Below, in pieces: positions 50,501-59,200 of a DNA stretch of 64,000 nt. Position 1 is the stretch's first letter, and every line of letters begins with the position of its first letter. The position numbers and the translations under genes were made by a program. This DNA comes from an uncultured Christensenellaceae bacterium (GTDB taxonomy: Bacteria; Bacillota; Clostridia; Christensenellales; CAG-314). The stretch covers positions 205,773-269,772 of the forward strand of contig CAJUIV010000001.1 in the NCBI GenBank assembly GCA_910586905.1. Reading direction: 5' to 3'. The notes under the pieces were generated by a model that was not told the DNA's origin, searched no databases, and saw only the letters and a program-made list of their open reading frames with translations.

Positions 50501-50701
50501 GACGCGGACGCTTTCGCATTGTATTATAAAGGATTTTTCGGCGACGACGCAAACGTAAACGGATTTGCGTTTAAAATTCAGGACGGACGCGTCGTATCCG
50601 TAACGGTTTGTTTCGATAACGCAACGGCCACGGCGACTCTTGGTGATTTCGGTACGACGGTTGTCCCCGTCGATAAAGATAACGGGACTACGGAGGAATA
50701 A
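47549..50701 (+). CDS. giant lipoprotein with five tandem ~76-aa repeats, unknown function
   Basis: 1050 aa with the lipobox LFAAC and GGAGAAAAA upstream of the ATG. I recognised no catalytic motif. Confidence 0.8.
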   Translation: MKKRFILVLALVALVSLLFAACEKIDEVAISVPETVELQVGKKVDWKDYVTVKINGEKVENPEITWKLTSGNENAGGICRYTIEFVHHGQTYSRDGVVRYTDVSIVVAEQTLKVGSPVDFAGKVTVKINGETRNPVISSVLKSGNPNEVGDCVYTISFTENGQTYTAEGVVHFRKAVVNVVVLSQNVEYGDDETDVEYISSKVQLAITVEGETVDSEITWKLGDNQVSEPDVNCKYIISFEHNGEKYEAEVSVLFQSPDVRFDVEIQHLNVGDDLDWNGHVKVSVNGQEIENPEITWVKIRGDENQNGSCVYLISYEYKGETYTCEGTVRFAEPQVTINAIDQYLLVGGTIEWNEYVTVRIDGVVQKNPQLQVTLKSGTENAVGTCVYTLTFTYRDKPYSTEAKVVFVDSGMDPGDVDALDAILAKGVDDYTGYTMRYHFYEVGKEQYYISETDKVTLGAISNYYIDYTDVNFNDNVQQVVTNEMKYYLSVNGAANELCYYRDMGKETPEWKYTKFTIPNDEASYTRLLPMAFLFGDLESGITKAYFIKLDTNVYEVKEALLGEVAEKLFGYDEESDTYTRILLETDGYNITKITGYYTTDYDTADSQGNAVTVSVDSVVELSWSDFNDTAVEIPEATEYVPPREDLPEYVNPENGADLTSEQQNSLTEALNKVYQSITSGYTNDKGEMYYFYSGLLKLTGNLSYTEERELARYKDWIISDITTSYYCLKQTDTTCDVWMMISDKGDFIKYPGYEATLTDFATYFAITEFGFTADMFGFADGKYVVKPDKLDAVKEKISQVIPLSNFTNFELLTFTLKLDSSNNVTEWYMLADCTTVDKDVFYWQLTFNYSDFDVTEINLPDEIVGDLTDLDEARKEQVTEAFNADYSNATVTDCVNGSVMYYVGDKITVKGSVLNDAGYIEKFTDEYVIKDGNYFEILGGNETAITKAKFEEFVVCFNFGIIDVTKVKYDAVRDTYYIAAGDTDADAFALYYKGFFGDDANVNGFAFKIQDGRVVSVTVCFDNATATATLGDFGTTVVPVDKDNGTTEE
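47633..48775 (+). repeat. five tandem ~76-aa domain repeats, each with a conserved Cys
   Basis: The units run VKINGEKVENPEITWKLTSGNENAGGICRYTIEFVHHGQTYSRDGVVRY, VKINGETRNPVISSVLKSGNPNEVGDCVYTISFTENGQTYTAEGVVHF, and so on (aa 29-409). Confidence 0.75.
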
Positions 50702-53700
50702 TGAAAAGAAAGATAATAATAGCCGTATTGCTTGCGGTACTGTGTGTATCTCTGGCGTTAACGGCTTGTAAAAGCGAATTTACCGTTACTTTCGAAACGA
50801 ACGGCGGAACCGCTGTGGCAAGTATCAAAGCGGGAGCGGTAACGTCTTCTCCCGTAACGACTAAGGACGGATTTTATTTCATAGGTTGGTTCGAATCTTC
50901 CGATTTTGCCGGAGAGGCGGTAACTTTCCCTTATAAGTTGAAAAACGACGTTACGCTGTATGCAAAATGGGGCGAGGACACGTCCGTAAAATATTTGGTC
51001 AACTTCGTAACCAACGGCGGCTCGCAGATTCTTGCCGATAACTATTCGATTTTGGAAAATTCTCCTCAAACCGAAAGACCGGGTTACGTATTCGTAGGTT
51101 GGTATGATAATATCGACTGCAGCGGAACTCCGATAGCTTTTCCCTATAAAGTAAGTAAGAACGTTATTTTATACGCCAAGTGGACGGAACAAAAGTTTAG
51201 AGTGGAATTCAATTCCAACGGCGGAAGTTATATTAAATCGGACGAATTTGCAGTAATAGAAACCGAACCCGTAACGACTCGCGACGAATATTCTTTTGCC
51301 GGTTGGTTCGATAACGAAGAGCTGAGCGGCAACCCTGTGCAATTTCCTTTCGTTGTAACCGAGGAAATAACGTTGCACGCAAAATGGCAGTCTAATTCTC
51401 AACAAAAATTTACGGCTACTTTCCAAACCAACGGCGGTACGCCGCTTGCCGCGCAGGAAGTCAACGTTGTTAATCAGCCCGTAACGACTCGCGACGGATA
51501 CGAATTGGAGGGTTGGTATTTAACTTCCGATTGTTCTGGAAATAAAGTTGCGTTCCCTTACACATTGACGGAGGATACGACGTTTTATGCAAAATGGGTT
51601 AAAAAAGTTTCCGAATATCTGGTACGTTTTGAAACTAACGGAGGCTCCTCTGTCAATTCTGTAACCGCGTCCGTAATACATAATGCGCCCGCAACAAGTA
51701 AGCCGGGTTATACGTTTGCCGGATGGTTCGATAACCAGTCGTTTAACGGCAATCCGATAACTTTCCCTTACAGAGTAACCAAAGCGACCACTCTTTACGC
51801 AAAATGGGTTGCGGTAGATTCGGGCTTTACGCTTACGTTCAATCCCAAAGACGGTTCTAGAGTTCCCGCGTTAACGAACGTTACGGTCGTTAATTTCAGT
51901 GATTTACCTACCACTACGCGTACCGATTACGAGTTCGAAGGTTGGTACTTGGACGACCAATGTACGGTTCCGGTCCGTTATCCATATACATTAACGGAAG
52001 ACACGTTGTTTTACGCAAAATGGAAACTGATAGTAGTGCGTACTTATAACGTTTATTTGTACGATGCAGACGCAAGTACTTTCAGCGTAACGGTCGGAGG
52101 CAAACCCGTAACGTTGCAAAAGGATTCCGAAGGCTTATTATACGCCGAAGTAGACGACAGAGCGCAAATAACTATAACCGACCCCACTAAAGTTAACGCC
52201 ACTTTCGAGGGATGGTACTCTTCTCCCGCTTATGCCGGCGACCGTAAAGCGTTTCCTATGGAAATTGTCGGCAGCATCCGATTGTATGCAAAATGGAAAA
52301 TAAATGTAGAGCCCAATCCCGATGACAGCGCGGAATTACAAGGATATTTAAACAAAACGGACTATACTAATTTCAGTTCCGGATACGGTTTGATTGTTCG
52401 CAATACCATCGGCGTACTCGACCAGTCGTTCAGCTACTACTTCTACAACGAAAACGTGTTTAACGAAGTTTACTGCGAATACGACGGTTACGAATCCGAA
52501 TGGAAACCCGCTATTTCGAATTACGTTTTCGAGCGTAACGATAACGGCGAAAAAGAGTATATGGTATATTCCAGCAATTTCAGTGCGGCAGGTGAATATC
52601 AGTATAACGGTCATTGGTACGACGCCGAGGCTGTAGACAATTTGGAAAAAGAATTCAGATTGGTTTATCTTGCTAAAACTCAAAGGTTGGATTCCACTAA
52701 ATTTTACAAATACGACGGATTCTGGTACGCAACGGAAGACTACGTAAACGAAGCAGGACATTTGCTTCTCGGTAATTCCTCCGGAGACCCTGCGTCGTTC
52801 GATTCGCGTTACAGCGAAATCGCGTTGAAATTCGACTCGAACGGAGTTATAACGTATATAAAAGCCAAAGCCAGCGTGGTGGATACTTACGACTACGGCA
52901 CGGGCATAGGCGCGACTCATTATTATTACGAGTACGATATTCCTATTTACGGAGTAAACAATCCGTCTAACGTTTTGCCCAGCGAGGACGATTTCCTTTT
53001 AGACCAAGTTCGTCCCAGCGGTTTGTATCCGGAACTTGACCCTAACGATGCGAATCGTAACAACGTAACGAGCGACGGCATCGAGTATTCTCTTCAAGAG
53101 CTTCAGTCGGCGCTTGGCAATCTTATCAACTTTACGTCTTACTATACATTGGCCGGCAATACGTTTAACGGTTATATCTACAGTCCTCTTACCATTCATA
53201 CGAGAGGTAACGTCGGCAGAATAATCGTTGACGATTATTCGTACGAAATCAACGGAACCGTTGTAGAACAATATGCGTCAAACGACAGATATTTCGTTTA
53301 CAAACCCGCTTTAAACGCGTTTTTCCTTGCGTTGAAATCAAACGGTACGTACAAAGTCTACAGCGACGCATTCAGTTACAAAAACACTTACGACTACAAT
53401 CACTATTTGCTGGGATTGCAGGATGCCGAAGGATTTAACTGCAAATATCCTACCGTAGGCATAAAAGACATAGACGTAAGCGGATTCGCTTACAACGCCA
53501 AAGGCGGATATTTCGAGTTCGTCGGTTCTCAAAGCAGACTCAATCAGGTCGGCAAAGCTTTGTTCGGAGATATGGACGTAGTTTATCCCGAAGCGAGTGA
53601 AACCGAATATTACACGTATTTACGCTTGTATATGAACGACGGCAAACTCGTTAAAGTGCTTGCGGCAAGCAGATTGGAACTTTACGGAGAAGCCAACGAG

Positions 53701-55773
53701 TATTTTATGAAAGAGCTCGTTATAACCGACCAAACCAACGCGGACGTAGGCTCTCTTCCCGCAGGATTCGAAAGTCAATGCATCGTTCCGGGAGAAGCTA
53801 TGGAAAACGGAAACGTCGACGCTTTATCTGAAGCGATAGGCGCAACGCAAAACGTCAACCATAAATATACCGACAGATTCGTTTTCGATAACGACGACGA
53901 ACTTGGCGGTGTTGGCGAATTCGGCAGCAGCGAACGCGATATTTATATCCACTACAACGGTATAACGCGCGTTAACAGTAATTTGTATTTATATTTCAAA
54001 AACGGAAAATTATTCTCTCAAAGAACCGGCTCAACCGAAAAAGAACAAATACTCTTGTCGAGTTTTAACGGCGATGTGGAAAAAGCCAATTCGTACGCGT
54101 TATGGGCTTACAACATGGCTGAATTGCTTGATTCCAACTGGTTCTATCAAGGTAAAGACGGTAAATACTACGGCAAAGCCGATTGTATGACGGAGCTTTC
54201 CAAAGCTATAGGCCGTTTCAGCGGTTCCGAACAATTTTTAGAAAACAACGCGGGCATTAGATTCAGCGCAAGTTACCGTTGGTCGGTCGTACTCGATTTC
54301 GTTTCCGTCGAAATTTACGGAGGCAAGCTCAGCAGTATTTACTATTCGGGCGTAATAAGCGTAGTGGGTTCTAATGGCAGTCATACTAAGCCTTTCTCCG
54401 GAACTTCCGCATTTTCTTACGATAATACGGCTTTGACTTTACCCGTCGCCGATACTGTAGACGAAACGCATCCTGCCGTTTACGAGTACATCAACGCTAA
54501 TTACGATTTTGCAGTAGATAACGAAGGCGTACTGCATATCGGAAAGGTAGATAACGCAACTTCTTACAAAATAACGGTTTACGAACTTGACGGCAAGACC
54601 TTTAAACACTCGTTTACGACGGGCGACTTGACGGTAGATCTCAAAACGGTAGCAGAATTGGGAGTAACCGCCAGAGTGGACAATTACTATTTGACGGTTC
54701 AGGCAATAGGTAACGGAACGACTTTCCTTGACGGCTCGGAATCCGACTTGCTGTTTATCGAAATAAGCACTTTGCCCAAAATAGATACTCCCGTTATAAA
54801 TTTGGACCGTGAAACGGGCGTTATAACGGTAGAGGGCGATTATTCGCACAATCAAGGATATCACTATTCGGTGAAATCCGGCGGCACCGTCGTAAAAGAA
54901 GGCAACGTCGTTACGGGCAAAACGGTGTCGCTTGCAGACATAGCCGAAATGCAATCCGCAAAAACCTATACAATCGAAGCGTATATGCGCGGTATCGACG
55001 GACAGATTCGCGACAGCGAAATAGTAACGATACTTTATACCGTTCCTAAAACCGACGGAACAACGTTTTTGAGCGATTTGTTCAAAGCGATAGATTATTC
55101 CAAATCTTTCAGCGTATCTTTCAGCGCGCAGGATAGGTATAGATATCATTACTTTACCGAAAGTATCGACGGACCCAGCCTGTTAGACCAAAGTTTTACT
55201 TGGTTAAACAACAACAGCGCTTATCGCCTTAATTTCTCGATGTATTTCGAGGCGACGCTTAACAAGGGCGTGATAACTTTCGGAATGTACAATCCCGCCG
55301 TTTCCAGCAGCGAACCCGAATACAATCTTATAAGCGGTACGTTTAAATTTACTAAAAACGGCGAAACGCTTTCGGGTGAAATGGTTAGAAAAGTTTTGGG
55401 TAAAAACGCAGAAACAAAACAAATTACAACTCCGTTATTATTTACGGGAGTATCTGCGCTTGAAAGCGATTTTACGGAATATTCCGGACAAATCGATAAA
55501 TGGCCGGGACTTGCGTACAGATATCAAGGCGACTTGACAAACGCCGATACGCAAAAAGCTATTTCGGATTTTTCGTTGCTCGACGAAATTTTCGGCGAAA
55601 CGCTTACGTACACCGGTATGCACCTCAATATGAGTTACAACTCCGACGGTACGTTAAGTACTAATTCCTGTTCGTTGGCGCTTGTGGCTCAAAACGGACA
55701 AGGTCATACGATGATTGTAAGTTTCTGTTTTGCAAACTTCGGTTCCAACCTTACTAATTGGGTAAAAGACTGA
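50701..55773 (+). CDS. giant InlB B-repeat lipoprotein, unknown function
   Basis: 1690 aa with the lipobox LALTAC. Its start shares one nt with the preceding stop (TAATG). Seven B-repeats are followed by ~1150 aa with no recognisable catalytic motif. Confidence 0.85.
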   Translation: MKRKIIIAVLLAVLCVSLALTACKSEFTVTFETNGGTAVASIKAGAVTSSPVTTKDGFYFIGWFESSDFAGEAVTFPYKLKNDVTLYAKWGEDTSVKYLVNFVTNGGSQILADNYSILENSPQTERPGYVFVGWYDNIDCSGTPIAFPYKVSKNVILYAKWTEQKFRVEFNSNGGSYIKSDEFAVIETEPVTTRDEYSFAGWFDNEELSGNPVQFPFVVTEEITLHAKWQSNSQQKFTATFQTNGGTPLAAQEVNVVNQPVTTRDGYELEGWYLTSDCSGNKVAFPYTLTEDTTFYAKWVKKVSEYLVRFETNGGSSVNSVTASVIHNAPATSKPGYTFAGWFDNQSFNGNPITFPYRVTKATTLYAKWVAVDSGFTLTFNPKDGSRVPALTNVTVVNFSDLPTTTRTDYEFEGWYLDDQCTVPVRYPYTLTEDTLFYAKWKLIVVRTYNVYLYDADASTFSVTVGGKPVTLQKDSEGLLYAEVDDRAQITITDPTKVNATFEGWYSSPAYAGDRKAFPMEIVGSIRLYAKWKINVEPNPDDSAELQGYLNKTDYTNFSSGYGLIVRNTIGVLDQSFSYYFYNENVFNEVYCEYDGYESEWKPAISNYVFERNDNGEKEYMVYSSNFSAAGEYQYNGHWYDAEAVDNLEKEFRLVYLAKTQRLDSTKFYKYDGFWYATEDYVNEAGHLLLGNSSGDPASFDSRYSEIALKFDSNGVITYIKAKASVVDTYDYGTGIGATHYYYEYDIPIYGVNNPSNVLPSEDDFLLDQVRPSGLYPELDPNDANRNNVTSDGIEYSLQELQSALGNLINFTSYYTLAGNTFNGYIYSPLTIHTRGNVGRIIVDDYSYEINGTVVEQYASNDRYFVYKPALNAFFLALKSNGTYKVYSDAFSYKNTYDYNHYLLGLQDAEGFNCKYPTVGIKDIDVSGFAYNAKGGYFEFVGSQSRLNQVGKALFGDMDVVYPEASETEYYTYLRLYMNDGKLVKVLAASRLELYGEANEYFMKELVITDQTNADVGSLPAGFESQCIVPGEAMENGNVDALSEAIGATQNVNHKYTDRFVFDNDDELGGVGEFGSSERDIYIHYNGITRVNSNLYLYFKNGKLFSQRTGSTEKEQILLSSFNGDVEKANSYALWAYNMAELLDSNWFYQGKDGKYYGKADCMTELSKAIGRFSGSEQFLENNAGIRFSASYRWSVVLDFVSVEIYGGKLSSIYYSGVISVVGSNGSHTKPFSGTSAFSYDNTALTLPVADTVDETHPAVYEYINANYDFAVDNEGVLHIGKVDNATSYKITVYELDGKTFKHSFTTGDLTVDLKTVAELGVTARVDNYYLTVQAIGNGTTFLDGSESDLLFIEISTLPKIDTPVINLDRETGVITVEGDYSHNQGYHYSVKSGGTVVKEGNVVTGKTVSLADIAEMQSAKTYTIEAYMRGIDGQIRDSEIVTILYTVPKTDGTTFLSDLFKAIDYSKSFSVSFSAQDRYRYHYFTESIDGPSLLDQSFTWLNNNSAYRLNFSMYFEATLNKGVITFGMYNPAVSSSEPEYNLISGTFKFTKNGETLSGEMVRKVLGKNAETKQITTPLLFTGVSALESDFTEYSGQIDKWPGLAYRYQGDLTNADTQKAISDFSLLDEIFGETLTYTGMHLNMSYNSDGTLSTNSCSLALVAQNGQGHTMIVSFCFANFGSNLTNWVKD
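50779..52296 (+). repeat. seven tandem Listeria-Bacteroides (InlB B-type) repeats
   Basis: The units follow the pattern F(E/Q)TNGG...P..(R/K).GY.F.GW(F/Y)......G..V.FPY.(L/V)T.D.TLYAKW. The last unit is degenerate. Confidence 0.8.
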
Positions 55774-55790
55774 CAGTAAAATTTAAATTT

Positions 55791-55826
55791 CGGAGTGCCG
55801 GCATAACGTCGCGCACTCCGTTTTTT
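55791..55826 (+). terminator. rho-independent terminator ending the ten-gene operon
   Basis: CGGAGTGC-14 nt-GCACTCCG followed by TTTTTT, 18 nt after stop 55773. Confidence 0.85.
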
Positions 55827-56285
55827 ACTTTTTAAACGTTTGTAGTATCTTAATGCCGGTAATCGCCTGTTCCAATGCAACGAATAAAATAACAATCGAT
55901 AACTTTCCGTCAGCATAGGACTGTTTTTTTGAAGTCCCGATTATAACAAAAATTACGTTTATTAAGGTTGAAACGTTAAAATGAATAAAAATATTGCGTA
56001 TTGGCAAATTTTTTTATTGTATTTAAGTGAAATATTTGACAACGTTTGTTCGATTATAGTAAAATTATCGTATATTTAGCCTGAAATTTAATATGTAATG
56101 TATAATAGACAAGTATTTTATACTAATGGTGCTATTTTATCGGGATATTATCGCAACGCTTTGTTGAAATGGCTAAAAATAAGCCGTTTGAACGAGCGTT
56201 CTTTTTATTTAAAAACGGTTTGTAATTTTATCGCGTTTTCGCGTTAAGATAGAGAGTAAGATTTATTAGGAAGGGAGGAAATATT

Positions 56286-59200
56286 ATGGCAAAAAGAAAG
56301 AACTTATTGCTGACGGCAGCGCTGGCAATAGTTTGCTTTACGGCGCTGCTAACCGCCTCTTTTGTTGCGTGGGGTGGTACGCCCGCGCAAGCAGCGTTCG
56401 ATGAGGAGTATGAAAATATATCGACGGTGAATGACGGCGATTCCGCGCCTTCGATAAATATTACTCGGTACGAAAAATTCGATATTACTAATACAACAGA
56501 TTTTCCGGTAAATACAACCGTTAAAGGGTTATTTGTAGCCGAATATAGCAGTAATAAATACGCTATGACTATGTACAGTGCGACTTCTACGTCGCCGAAT
56601 AAAGCGCGATATGTTCAACTTGACGGCGATATTGTTACTGCAATTAACACTAATTCCGATAATAGCGCCGCCAAACGTACGATGTCAAGCACAATGGAAG
56701 ATTGGATGACGTGGTCTGTTACGAGAACTGCTTCCGGATTGCAATTACAAACTAACAGTACTTACAGCAGTGCGCAAGGAAAATATCTTTCGCTCGGTAA
56801 TTACGGCAGTTTTTCACTTACAACTGCCACAACGTTGACAATGACCTCCGTAAGCGGCGGCGGTTTTACTTTAAAAAACTCTGCGGGTTACGGTATAAAA
56901 CTGGACAGTATAAGTAATTTCGGCGGAAATACGACTACATATGCTACGTGCGTTACGTTTAATTTTTATAAGGAAACCGAAGTGGAATTAACAAATCCCG
57001 CAACGATATCTTTTGATAAAGGTAACGATACTGCAACGGGAACTATGGACGACGTAATACTTTCGCAGGACGCTACTGATACTTATGTTTTGCCGGAATG
57101 CGGTTTTGTTTACAATAATTATAAATTTGTCGGTTGGAAAATCAACGACGAAACAACTCCGCTTGTAGCAGGCACGGAAATAACGCTTGGCGAAAAGGTA
57201 CAAAACGGCGGCATAACTCTTACCGCAGCGTGGGAATACGACGCGTGGGATTTAACTTTTAAAATGGAAGGACAGGAAGACAAAGTTATTCCCGTTGTAA
57301 AAGGAACGAATTATACGTTTGTTGAAAGTACGGACAGCAAACTGTGGGGCTCGTCTTCCACTCCGCAGGGAAAACTGTTCGGGCACTGGTTGAACGGCGA
57401 AACGCAATATAACAAGAACGACAAATTAACTCCTACGGAAAATATGATTTTTACTGCCGTATTTGTGGATGCTTGCACCGTTTCGTTTGATTTTGACGGA
57501 GGCGCGGCGCCGACGAGTAGTTATACTACTTTCAAAACCACAACCGTCCTGCCGAATTCCGAATTCACTTTGCGCACTCACGAATATACCGCTTCGTATG
57601 CGCCTACTAAAGCAAACTATATTTTTGCCGGCTGGGAAAACGTTAAGACCGGAGAAAAATATCAGGCGGATTTGTCAAATCAGTATCAACAAAGCGTCAA
57701 AGTCGTTATTGTCGAAGACACGACATTTAGGGCTATTTGGAAGTTTGACGGATTTACTATTACGTTTATGGTAAACGACGAAGTTTACGCAACCGCTACA
57801 TATGCAAAATCGACGTCGACAGCCTCGCAGCATTTTTATTTTGCTCGAGAGAGTATCGAAATGCCTGTCGCACCGGATGGTAAAGAATTTGCAAAATGGA
57901 CGACTACGTCAAAGTATAATTCTTCTTATACGTATTCTATTAGCGGATCTGCTGGTGAAAGTAATTATTCCGGTCAATATTTGATACTTCCGGGTGAACA
58001 AACTTCCGAAACTTGGAAAGTAACAAACTATGACGTTGTTTTGAACGCAACGTTCCAAGATAAGCCGATAAGCGTCGTATTTAAATTTAAGTACGAAGAC
58101 GGCTACAAAAACGGTGAAATTTTTAAGACTGAAAACAAAACTATATCCGCGACGTCATCTTCGCAAAGCGTTTATTTAGGTAATTCGTATGCTGGCGAAG
58201 CTCCCGAAGGTTACGCGCTGTTGAACTGGACGGATGAGGACGGAAAAGTTTACACGTCTAGTCAGAATGTATATATTTACCGCACGGATACCGTTTACGA
58301 AAAAACTTTAACGGTTCACTTTGCGAAGTCGGTACATATTTCGTTTGACGGAAACGGCGGAACGATGAGTTCTACGTACGCTAACGGAGAGAACAAGCCT
58401 GCCAATAGCGAGTATACATTGCCGAGAAACACCACATCGGGAACTCTTACCGATTACGAACTTGTCGGATTTGTTTGCAGCGCGGACGGAGAGTTTTATG
58501 CGTTAGGCGCGAAGTATCAACTTGGCGACGAAGACGTTACGTTTGTTGCGCAGTGGAAATATGCGGGATATATATTGACGTTTAAAGTCGAGGGAAAAGA
58601 TGACGAAGTTGTGCTTGTCAAAAAGACTGAAAATTCAAGTGGATACGAAAACACTACGTATTCGATAACAATTTCAAACCCATCTATAGCTAATGCGGAA
58701 TTTTTAGGCTGGGCGTTGAATGGCGACACAAGTAAATTGTATAAAAACAGAGACGTTATCAATCTTGCGGTTTTGCAGTCTTTGACTGACAGAGAAGGTG
58801 AATTGGTTGCGCAATTTAGAATGAAAGAAATGGTAACGCTTACTTTCCACTTCGGGAACGATACCGTCGAAAAACAAGTTGAAAAGAATTCGACTTACTA
58901 CGTAGCGCATATCAGCTCTTATTTCCCCGATTGGACATCTTACGGATACGACTGGTTCTCCGGCTGGGCTGCGAATCCCGAATTGACGGGTACTCTTACC
59001 AGCCAGGTAAACAAAACGCACAGCGCGGATACTCATTACTATGCGGTGGTTGAAAAAACGTTTAAAGTAACGTTTGTGTATGGACACGGCATTGACAACG
59101 CAGAACGTACGGGAAGACCTAGCAGCGCGGCTACTGTACCCTACGAATCTACAACTACTGTAAACGGCGTTGTAGTCGATATACGCGAAGGTTACACGTT

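Noticed and set aside
55825-56007. A 60-aa minus-strand ORF in the spacer before the 1571-aa gene, possibly a small membrane protein
   Set aside because: It has a TTG start and no SD, and lies in AT-rich promoter-like DNA. Its hydrophobicity is explained by T-rich codons.
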